A DNA stretch of 64,000 nt from an uncultured Gemmatimonadota bacterium (GTDB lineage Bacteria; GCA-2686955): NCBI GenBank assembly GCA_964490075.1, contig CAZBBK010000004.1, positions 62,001 through 126,000 on the forward strand, given 5' to 3'. Made by a program: the position numbers and the translations under genes. Below are positions 54,467 through 62,541 of this stretch, piece by piece (the first letter of the stretch is position 1; the number at the start of each line of letters is the position of its first letter). Under the pieces are notes generated by a model, which saw only the letters and a program-made list of their open reading frames with translations, had not been told where the DNA came from and made no database searches.

Positions 54467-57400
54467 AGCCCAGAGCCCGCAGGGCATCCTGTTGACGCGC
54501 GTCGAGAGGGGCCGCGGAGGGGGCCGCCGGGGAGGTCCGATCGGTGCGGTAGAGCGCGATCTCGAGCGCCGGCGAGGAGGGGCGTGCGGGGGAATCGGGG
54601 CCGGCGTAGGGCGGCGCGGCGGCCAGGCTCAAGCTGCGCGTCAGAGCCGGCGCGGGCGCCCCCTCGACCTCCACCTCGACCCGCAGGCGCAGCCCATCCA
54701 CCGGCTCCAGGCGCGCCACCAGCAGCAGGGAGTCGTCGGCCTGGCCGCGGGCCAGGAATTCGCCCGGCCGATCGGCGGGCTCGAAGGCCGGTCCGAAGCG
54801 GGAGCGCGGCGCCAGATCGGCCGGCTCGGCCGAGAGCCGCACCTGGTAGTCGCGCCCGGCTTCGGCGCCGGAGACCACCAGATGGGCACCCCAACGGTTG
54901 CGCAGCAGGTAGTCGACCGCCAGCGCCCGCAGCCGGCGCAGTCGACCCGGCTCATCCGCCACCAGGTTTTGACGCTCGTCGGGGTCGGCGTCGACGTGGT
55001 AGAGCGCCTCGGTGGGCGGATCATCGATTCCCGAATCGAGGATGTATTTCCACCCCTCGTGACGCACCGCGAGCTGGCCCCAGCTCCCCTCGCAGATCGC
55101 CAGCCGCCCTTGCGCGCCGGAGCCGGGATCGAGGAAGGGGACCAGGCTCTCGGCGTCGCTCGGCTGGTCGCTCGGCGGCAGACCGGCGAGCTCGGCCAGG
55201 GTGGGCGCCAGGTCGATCAGGCGCACCTGCGGGCGCACCACGGTGCCGGGCTGGAAGCGGGTCGCGGCGCCGGGTTTGAGGATCAGAGGGACACGCACCA
55301 GGGCATCGTAGAGGAACCAACCGTGACCGAAGTGGTCGCGGTGGTCCCAGAGCACTTCGCCGTGGTCGGCGACCAGCGCGATCAGCGCGTCATCGTAGAG
55401 GTCGAGCCGGCGCAGGCCGGCCAGGAGACGCCCGATCTGCTGGTCGGTGTAGGCCACTTCGCCGTCGTAGAGGGTGCGCGCCAGCTCCTTGAACTCCGGC
55501 GAGAGGCCGGCCTGGTCGCCGCAGGCTTCGCAGTCGCGGCGGCGCGCCGGATCGCCGGGATCGAGCAGGGCGGCGCTGGCGGGGCGCACCTCGAGGGGCA
55601 GCTCGACTCCGGCGAGGGCGGCCGACGAGTCGGCGAAGGGCGAGGCGAAGGGTTCGGGCTGGCAGAAGGGCTGGTGGGGGTCGTCGAAATGCACCATCAG
55701 GAAGAAGCGCCGATCGCGGTTGCGGGTGAGCCATTCGAGGGCGGTGTCGACGCTCTCCGCGGCGCGCGGCGCGATGCGCGGCACGTTGAACGCGGCGTCG
55801 AAACCCTGGTCGAAGCCGCCGTCGTAGAGGGCCGCCTTGTAGAGCACGGCCTGGGTGTTCCAGCCGGCCGTCTGGAAGCGCTCGGCCAGGGTGACGAGGC
55901 GCGGGTCGAGGGGGGTGTGGGCGGCGAAGTTCTGCACGCCGTGGTGCGAGGGGAGCAGGCCGGTGAAGAGCGAGGCGAAGGCGGGGACCGTCCAGTTGGT
56001 GGGACTGACGCAGACTTCGAAGCGCACGCCGGCGGCGGCGAGGGCGTCGATATGGGGCGAGGTGGGACGCCGGTAGCCGTAGCTGGAGAGGCGATCCCAG
56101 CGCAGCGTGTCGATGGCGAGCAGGATGACGTTGGGCGGGTCGCCGGGGCGGCGGGCGACGTCGACGGTGGGGTTGGCCCACAGGCCGTAGCCGCGACCGC
56201 CCGCCGGGGCGCGGGTTTCGAGCACCAGCCGGAGCGGGCGGCCGGGGGGCGGCGCCGGGAGCTCGATGCGCTCCTCGGTCCAGTGCCAGGTCTCCCCCGC
56301 CGCTCCGGTGGCGCGGCGCTCGGCGAAGAGCATCTGCTCCCGGCCCGCGGCGCCAGCCAGGATGCGGAACTCCACCTGGTCGCCGAGGGCGGAGCGTTTC
56401 GAGAGGCCGCAGGCGAAGCTGAGCTCGGCTCCGGGGGGCGGCTCGAGCTCGAAGGCGATGCGGGTCGGGGCGGGGGCGAAGAGGGCGTCGCGCACGGCGA
56501 GGTTGTGGTCGAAGGGCGGGCGCGGGCGGCGCTGCAGTCCGGGCAGCAGTCGGCCGCGCTTGGCGGCCGCCGCGCCGGCGCGTTGGTCCTCGCGGGCGAC
56601 CAGGGCCAGCTCCTGCGGGCGGCTCGGCTCCAGCTTCTCGAGGACCAGGTCGTCGAGCAGCAGCGCGGCGGTGCCTTGCTCGGAGCGGTCCTCGGTCATC
56701 AGGGCCCAGCCGGCGGTGGCGGGGCGCAGGAGGACGATCAGGGAGCGCGTTTGGGGCGAGGTGGCGATGGTGCGGGTGCCGCGGTGCCAGGCTCCGTCAG
56801 GGGGCGGAGCGGGCAAGCGGTGGATGAGGATCGCCTCGTGCTTGCCCGGGACCCGCAGGTAGGCGGCCGGCGGGCGGTCGGCGGGATGGCTGGGGTCGGC
56901 GGGGTGGAGCAGCTCGCGCCGCGACTCGATCAGCGAGAGATCGACGCGCGGCGCGGCGGCGGCGCGGATCGAGCGGCCGAAGCGGTAGAAGGCCGCCGGT
57001 TGGGCGGGAACTTGCAGCAGGAACTGCTCGGGATCGCTGCCGCGGAAGCGGAAGGCGCGCCCCCCCTGGCGCGCGCGGGGCACCAGGTCGCCGCCCGCCT
57101 CGGCCGGCCAGCCGATCTCCTCGAGCGACTTCTCGTCGAAGGAGATGCGCAGCAGCTCGGTCCCGGGGATGGCCGCCAGCTCGGTCCGGGCCGCGGCGTC
57201 CTCGGGGTCGAGATCGGCCAGCGGCCCGTGCAGCTCCGCCGCGGGCAGCAGGTCGACCAGCCGGATCGGGGTCGCCGGGGGCGCGGCGGGGGCGTCGCGA
57301 TGGCAGCCGGCGCCGACCAGGGCGGCCAGGCCGACCAGGCCGCGGGCGCGCCGGACGATCGAGAGGGCCGACTGGGCGAGGGTCAGGCGCAGCAGGTAGA

Positions 57401-58862
57401 AGAACTTGCGGTCGCGCATCCGGAGCGCGTTGGCGGCCACCAGCGCCGGCTCCAGCGCTCCGCTCCCCGGCAGCGCCGCCAGCCGCTCCACCCAGGGCGC
57501 GGCGGCGGGCTCGCGGCGGCCGAGCAGCGGGATCAGGGCGAGCTGCAGTCCTTGGGCGCGATAGGCCCGCGGCTCCTCGGCCAGCGGTCCGCGGGTGCTG
57601 GTGTCGACCAGCCGCCCCTGCGTCAAGGCGGCCACGTCCTGCTCGGTGAGGTCGCCGCTCTCGACGCCGCGCCGGACCATCTCGGTGCCGGGGTAGTAGC
57701 TGAGCGGGAAGCCGAGCAGACGATCCGGGCGCAGGGCTCGGAAGCGCGTCAAATCCTCGGCGCGGTCGGACGCGTTTTCGCCGGGCGAGCCGGCGATCTT
57801 GTCGGTCGCGAGGCGGATTCCCCCGGCGTGAATGGCCTCCGCGGCGGTCTCGATTTGGCGGTCCGACTCTCTGCGGTTCATGGTCGACCGGCGCACGGTG
57901 GCGCTGCCCGACTGCACCCCGAGGGTGATCATCCAGCACCCGGCCCGCGCCAGCTCGCGCGCCAGCTCGCGATCGATCGCCCCCGGGTAGGTGTAGCACC
58001 AGAAGGGCAGGCCGATGGTGCGCCGGTAGCCGTCGAGGAAGGGCTCCAGCCAGCGGCGGTCGGCGGTGAAGACCGAGTCCATGAAGGAGATCTGCCGCAC
58101 CCGGCCGCGCGCTTTGACCACCCGCAGCTCCTCGAGCACCTGCTCCACCGGGCGCCAGCGCAAGCGCCGACGGTCGCCGATCTCGCGGTAGGCCCGGTGG
58201 TAGGCATCGACCGAGCAGAAGGCGCAGGAGTAGGGGCAGCCGAAGGAGGCCATGGTGAGGTAGTTGCGCTCCATCGCCGGCACCTGGCGGTAGAAGAGGT
58301 CGAAGTCGCGGATCGGCAGCCGCCCCAGGTCCTCGAGATAGGGGCGGATCGGGCTGCGCTCGATGCGCTCGCCGGCACGGGTCCAGACGTTGGGGATCCC
58401 GGGGGGAATCCGCCCTCCGGCGGAGGCGGCGACCAGCTCCGGCAAGGCCTCGAAAGCCTCGCCGAGGACCAGGGCGTCGACCTGCGGATGGGCGATGACC
58501 GCCTCGGGGGCGGCCAGCACGTGCACGCCACCGAACACGTTGAGGGCCCGCGGCAACGCCCGCTTGATCCGCGACGCGACGCCGAGCATCCAGCGGAGGT
58601 TGTCGGTGTAGCAGGAGTAGCAGACCAGGTCGGGATCGAAGCGGCGGGCGCTCTGGACGATGTGGTCGCGACAGTCGAGCAGCCGCACCAGGGCCGGCAC
58701 GCGCAGCAGGGGCTCGCCGCGAAAGGGCTGGGGATCGAAGGCCAGGCGCACCTCGTGGCCGGCCGCCTTGAGGAGCGCGGAGAGCCAGGTGATGCCGAGG
58801 TGCTCGTTGGAGTTGAAGACGAAGAGGACGCGGCGCGGCGCCGTGGGCGGGGCCGGATTCAT
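54456..58862 (-). CDS. B12-binding radical SAM domain fused to a sulfatase-like domain
   Basis: EHLG..WLSA.LK, GGVH, LGEA, GCPYSCAFC, FMDSVF, LGVQSG, YPGT; then IDTLRWD, WTVPAFASLFTG, ADHGE, LRALGY. Confidence 0.88.
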   Translation of the reverse strand: MNPAPPTAPRRVLFVFNSNEHLGITWLSALLKAAGHEVRLAFDPQPFRGEPLLRVPALVRLLDCRDHIVQSARRFDPDLVCYSCYTDNLRWMLGVASRIKRALPRALNVFGGVHVLAAPEAVIAHPQVDALVLGEAFEALPELVAASAGGRIPPGIPNVWTRAGERIERSPIRPYLEDLGRLPIRDFDLFYRQVPAMERNYLTMASFGCPYSCAFCSVDAYHRAYREIGDRRRLRWRPVEQVLEELRVVKARGRVRQISFMDSVFTADRRWLEPFLDGYRRTIGLPFWCYTYPGAIDRELARELARAGCWMITLGVQSGSATVRRSTMNRRESDRQIETAAEAIHAGGIRLATDKIAGSPGENASDRAEDLTRFRALRPDRLLGFPLSYYPGTEMVRRGVESGDLTEQDVAALTQGRLVDTSTRGPLAEEPRAYRAQGLQLALIPLLGRREPAAAPWVERLAALPGSGALEPALVAANALRMRDRKFFYLLRLTLAQSALSIVRRARGLVGLAALVGAGCHRDAPAAPPATPIRLVDLLPAAELHGPLADLDPEDAAARTELAAIPGTELLRISFDEKSLEEIGWPAEAGGDLVPRARQGGRAFRFRGSDPEQFLLQVPAQPAAFYRFGRSIRAAAAPRVDLSLIESRRELLHPADPSHPADRPPAAYLRVPGKHEAILIHRLPAPPPDGAWHRGTRTIATSPQTRSLIVLLRPATAGWALMTEDRSEQGTAALLLDDLVLEKLEPSRPQELALVAREDQRAGAAAAKRGRLLPGLQRRPRPPFDHNLAVRDALFAPAPTRIAFELEPPPGAELSFACGLSKRSALGDQVEFRILAGAAGREQMLFAERRATGAAGETWHWTEERIELPAPPPGRPLRLVLETRAPAGGRGYGLWANPTVDVARRPGDPPNVILLAIDTLRWDRLSSYGYRRPTSPHIDALAAAGVRFEVCVSPTNWTVPAFASLFTGLLPSHHGVQNFAAHTPLDPRLVTLAERFQTAGWNTQAVLYKAALYDGGFDQGFDAAFNVPRIAPRAAESVDTALEWLTRNRDRRFFLMVHFDDPHQPFCQPEPFASPFADSSAALAGVELPLEVRPASAALLDPGDPARRRDCEACGDQAGLSPEFKELARTLYDGEVAYTDQQIGRLLAGLRRLDLYDDALIALVADHGEVLWDHRDHFGHGWFLYDALVRVPLILKPGAATRFQPGTVVRPQVRLIDLAPTLAELAGLPPSDQPSDAESLVPFLDPGSGAQGRLAICEGSWGQLAVRHEGWKYILDSGIDDPPTEALYHVDADPDERQNLVADEPGRLRRLRALAVDYLLRNRWGAHLVVSGAEAGRDYQVRLSAEPADLAPRSRFGPAFEPADRPGEFLARGQADDSLLLVARLEPVDGLRLRVEVEVEGAPAPALTRSLSLAAAPPYAGPDSPARPSSPALEIALYRTDRTSPAAPSAAPLDARQQDALRALGYVD

Positions 58863-59011
58863 GAGGCGTCCCCTTGCAGCCACTGGCGGACGAACTTCAG
58901 GGTGTGGTCGAGCTGGCCGGCGGCGTAGACGCGGGCGAGCCAGAGCGCGGCGGCCAGCCAGGCGACGCTCAGTGTCCATTGAGCGGATCTGTTGTCAGTC
59001 GACCAGCCCAT
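58859..59011 (-). CDS. Small (50 aa) single-pass membrane protein, absent from the ORF track
   Basis: MGWSTDNRSAQWTLSVAWLAAALWLARVYAAGQLDHTLKFVRQWLQGDAS; GC3-rich codons; stop overlaps the next ATG (ATGA). Confidence 0.6.
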   Translation of the reverse strand: MGWSTDNRSAQWTLSVAWLAAALWLARVYAAGQLDHTLKFVRQWLQGDAS

Positions 59012-60887
59012 AGAGCCCCTCCCCCCGACGCTCGAGGGTGCCCGCCGCCAGCGCCTGGTCGATCTTCCGCTGGGCGATCGGCCGCGGCCGACAGACGAAG
59101 AGATGACGCGCGCCGCGGGCCGCCACTTCGGCAGCCAGATCGGTCGATTCGTCGATCGGAAGGTAGCGCAAGCGCCGCGACAGATCGGCGCCGTAGAGCG
59201 GGTAGACCCAGCCGTCGTCGCCCGGGTAGTCGACGTGGTAGGCGAGGGGCGTTTGCGCGGGGAGCGTCTCGAGAGTCTGGCGATAGCTGTCGCCGATGTA
59301 GAGCCCGAGCTCGGCGCTGGAGCGCCGGCGGAGGTCGAGACGCGCCATGCGCCGCCAGTCCTCCGGCGAGAGGCGCCCGGTGTCGAGGCTGCCGATGAAG
59401 CTCAGCGCGACGCAGGCGGCGGCGATGGTCAAGAAAGCGTGGCGCAGGATCGTGGGCCGCAGCCACTGCACCAGGCAACCGAATGCGAGGGCGAAGAGCG
59501 CCGGCATCCAGAGGGCGAAGTGCAGGTTCCAGGGGTCGGGCCTCACCCAGGCGAAGAGGCTGGCGAGGGAGAGGACGAAGGCGACGCTCAGCACCCGCAG
59601 GGGGCGCGAGATCAGAAACCCGATCGCCACGCTGGGGAGCCCGCAGACGAAGGCGAACCAGCCCCAGCCGGTCATCAGGTTGGCGTCGGCGTTGAAGGTC
59701 TCGTAGGAGTCGAAGATCTTCTCTTCGAAGAGCATGGCGAAGCTCTCGACCATCGAGCCGAGGCTGAAGGCGCCTTGCTGTCCTTGCCCGGCGCCGGTGC
59801 CGAAGACGAGCTTTCCGAAGAGGGTGAAGTCGGTGGGGTAGAAGGGGTTGTCGAACCAGATCCAGTTTCGCGCATACCAGAATCCGGCCACCCAGAGGGC
59901 GCTGGCCCCGAGCGCGAACGCCAAGCGGCGATCGAGCGCTCCGTGGCGGTCGGCGGGTTGCCGATCCGCCGGCCCGCGGACCGCCCAAAGAGCGACGACC
60001 AGGAGCCCGGGAGCGGCGAATGCGATGGTCGCCTTGCTGCCCAGGGCGATGCAGAGGGCGATGCCGGCCAGCAGCATCGGCCCTGCGAGCGGGCCGCCGC
60101 GTTGGCGCCGATCGGTCGCCAGCGCCACCACCCAGAGAAAGGCGGCCGCCGCCGGGAGGTCGTTGTGGCAGGAGGTGGCGTGCAGGAGCACCAGGGGCGT
60201 GGTGGCGTAGATCAGGGCGACGAAGACGGCCAGCGCCCGCTCGATCCCGAGCGAACGCGCCACCGAGTAGACGCAGGCGGTGGCCAGGGCGAGGAAGGGA
60301 ATGCCGGCCGCGTCGACCAGGAAATCATGGTGCGGGAAGAGCGCGAACCAGCTCTCGAAGAGCTCGAATCCGGCCGGCCAGTAGCTGCGCTGGGCCGGGG
60401 TATCGAAGCGCAGGAAGCCGCCGTGCTGGACCCACTCGGCGACGCTGGCCAGGTGGTAGGTCTGGACGTCCCAGATGTAGGGCGGCAGAAACCAGACGTG
60501 GGCGCCGAGGCGGATCAGCACCAGAAGGGCGGCGAGCCCCAGGAGCAGCGCGACCGGGCTGGGACGAGAGAGGCGCATCGAGCGGCGGGCATTGGCGGTC
60601 CCTTCGCCGCCGCGGCGGAGGCGGGCGTGATGCAAGAGCAGCGTCGCGAGCCCGAGCAGCGAGACGGTCAGGATCGGCACCGGGCGCAGGGTTCCGGTGG
60701 CGCCGCAGAGGAGCAGGGCGGCACTGAGCAGGTGCAGGCAGAGGAAACCCCAGGCGATGGCGTCGAGGCGCCGGCAGCGCAGCGAGAGATGGAGAACCAG
60801 CCGAGCCGCGGCGCTCGCGACGAAGATGTTGCAGACACCCCAGGCCAGCAGCGCCGGCAGAATCGCTGGAGGCGACGCATTTTCCAT
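58995..60887 (-). CDS. Polytopic membrane protein, GT-C-like
   Basis: WDVQTYHL, WPAGFEL, HNDL, WYARNWIWFDNPFYP; motif pattern shared with 41358-43283. Confidence 0.75.
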   Translation of the reverse strand: MENASPPAILPALLAWGVCNIFVASAAARLVLHLSLRCRRLDAIAWGFLCLHLLSAALLLCGATGTLRPVPILTVSLLGLATLLLHHARLRRGGEGTANARRSMRLSRPSPVALLLGLAALLVLIRLGAHVWFLPPYIWDVQTYHLASVAEWVQHGGFLRFDTPAQRSYWPAGFELFESWFALFPHHDFLVDAAGIPFLALATACVYSVARSLGIERALAVFVALIYATTPLVLLHATSCHNDLPAAAAFLWVVALATDRRQRGGPLAGPMLLAGIALCIALGSKATIAFAAPGLLVVALWAVRGPADRQPADRHGALDRRLAFALGASALWVAGFWYARNWIWFDNPFYPTDFTLFGKLVFGTGAGQGQQGAFSLGSMVESFAMLFEEKIFDSYETFNADANLMTGWGWFAFVCGLPSVAIGFLISRPLRVLSVAFVLSLASLFAWVRPDPWNLHFALWMPALFALAFGCLVQWLRPTILRHAFLTIAAACVALSFIGSLDTGRLSPEDWRRMARLDLRRRSSAELGLYIGDSYRQTLETLPAQTPLAYHVDYPGDDGWVYPLYGADLSRRLRYLPIDESTDLAAEVAARGARHLFVCRPRPIAQRKIDQALAAGTLERRGEGLYGLVD

Positions 60888-60905
60888 GGAGTGCCCCCGC
60901 CCCCC

Positions 60906-62429
60906 CTATTCGCTCTCGCTCAGATCGAAGAGATAGAGTGACGCTCCGGGGGGATCGAGCCTGTCGACCAAGGTTCCGCGGCTCTCCAGATAGCGCACGA
61001 TCCATGTTTCATGCTCGGCGACATAGTCGACGATGTCGCTGAACACCACCCAGGCTCGGTCGCGGCCCAGCAGCGGATCGAGCTCGGCGGCGTAGTCCGA
61101 GAGATCGTCCTGCGCCAGGCTGCCGAGAGTGTACTGAACCTCCTCGTCCAGGAAGCGTCGATAGTAGTCGAAGGCCCACTGCGCTTCGAAGTGTACGTAG
61201 AGGTGATCACCGTCGCGCCAGTGCTGCTCGACGTGGTCGATGGCGCGGGCCAGCTCCTGGGGGGTGCGATGGGGGGGATAGATATGCGGGCGGGTGAGAT
61301 GGGTGAGCGCCGCGAAGGCCGGCTCGAAGAGCAGTGCCGATGCCGCCACCGCCAGCGCCAGCGTGGGGCGTGGAGTGGCGCGCGCCACGCGCGTCGCGCC
61401 GGCGGCGATCAACAGCATCACCGGCGGCACGGCGAAGAGGATCGCCCGGCCACCGAAGGGGTAGAGCCGCCACGCGGAGGCGGCGCAGGCCAGCAGCAGA
61501 GGAGCCAGCAACAGAAAGAGCCCGGCGCGGTCGCTCCTCGCCGTGGTCCAAGATCCGACCAGAAAGAGCGGAGCCGCGAGCAGCACGGCGGGGATTCCGG
61601 CCGGCCAGGCGAAGAGCTCGACGAAGGCGCGCGCCAGCCAGGGCAGAGCTTGCGCACCCAGCGGCACGAACTGGTCGGTCCAGTGTTGGTGCAGATCGGC
61701 CACCAACCAGTCGATCCGCGCCAGCTCGGCGATCGAGACCTGCCAGAGGGCGACGAAGCTGGCGAACCAGAGCGCCGCGAGCGCGGTCCATTCGCCCAGC
61801 TCGCGGATGCGCAGCCGGGCGAGCGCCGAGCCGAGCCCACAGAGCGCCACGCCGGCCAGCACGAAGGGAGCCGCATAGGAGAACCAGAGAGCGAGCGCGC
61901 CGGCCGCGGCGAGCCATGCCAGGCGGCGCCGGGGCGCATCCGGGGCCAGCGCCGTGCGCGCCAGCAGGGTGAGGGCGAGGGCGATCGCCAGGTCGCCGGC
62001 ATAGGGCTTGACCTCGGAGCTGTAGTAGATCAGCGGCCCGGAGAGCGCGAAGAGGCCCACCGCCAAGGGACGGGCCCGGCGCTCGTTGAAGGCGCGCGCG
62101 CAGGCGAGAAAGAGCGGCAGCGAGATCAGTCCACAGAGCAGCGGCACCAGGCGCAGCGCCAGGGTGCTCGGCCCGAGGGCCAGCGTGGCGACCTTCTCCA
62201 GCAGATAGAAGCCGAAGGGAGAGGTCTTGCCGAACTCGAGGCTGGCGGGATGGAGGAAGTCCGCGAAGGAGCGATCGAGGACGCTTCCGACGACCCAGGA
62301 TTCGTCCAGCCACAGCGCCCGATCGATCAGGAACTGAAGCAGTCTCAGGAGCGCGCCGGCGGCCAGCAGCCAGAGCGTGACTCGTTGGGCCACACCGATG
62401 TCCCCGCGCGTGTCGAAGATGGTGCGCAT
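60906..62429 (-). CDS. Glycosyltransferase family 39-like (GT-C) membrane protein
   Basis: RALWLDE, LALRLVPLLCG, YYSSEVKPYA, many TM helices. Confidence 0.8.
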   Translation of the reverse strand: MRTIFDTRGDIGVAQRVTLWLLAAGALLRLLQFLIDRALWLDESWVVGSVLDRSFADFLHPASLEFGKTSPFGFYLLEKVATLALGPSTLALRLVPLLCGLISLPLFLACARAFNERRARPLAVGLFALSGPLIYYSSEVKPYAGDLAIALALTLLARTALAPDAPRRRLAWLAAAGALALWFSYAAPFVLAGVALCGLGSALARLRIRELGEWTALAALWFASFVALWQVSIAELARIDWLVADLHQHWTDQFVPLGAQALPWLARAFVELFAWPAGIPAVLLAAPLFLVGSWTTARSDRAGLFLLLAPLLLACAASAWRLYPFGGRAILFAVPPVMLLIAAGATRVARATPRPTLALAVAASALLFEPAFAALTHLTRPHIYPPHRTPQELARAIDHVEQHWRDGDHLYVHFEAQWAFDYYRRFLDEEVQYTLGSLAQDDLSDYAAELDPLLGRDRAWVVFSDIVDYVAEHETWIVRYLESRGTLVDRLDPPGASLYLFDLSESE

Positions 62430-62541
62430 CGGTCGAACGCTATCATGGCGGGGGGGGCGGAAACTCCCCCTTGACCACCCCGAAACGCGGGATCACACTC
62501 CAGGCAAGAAGCAGAGCGAAACCCACTTCCCGGAGGGAATC

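Noticed and set aside
54492-58928. 1478-aa plus-strand ORF and the many other long antisense or alternative-frame ORFs (e.g. 1256-3160, 5534-7627, 40290-43481)
   Set aside because: Shadow ORFs typical of high-GC DNA; no motifs, Arg/Gly/Pro-rich, and overlapping well-supported genes
58960-58997. The TGA ending the GT-C gene (58995-58997) is in frame with the radical SAM ORF and is followed by a CGCUCA/UGAGCG hairpin: a second Sec read-through?
   Set aside because: The bridging peptide is Arg-rich shadow sequence, a different frame carries the clear coding signal (50-aa ORF), and both flanking proteins look complete
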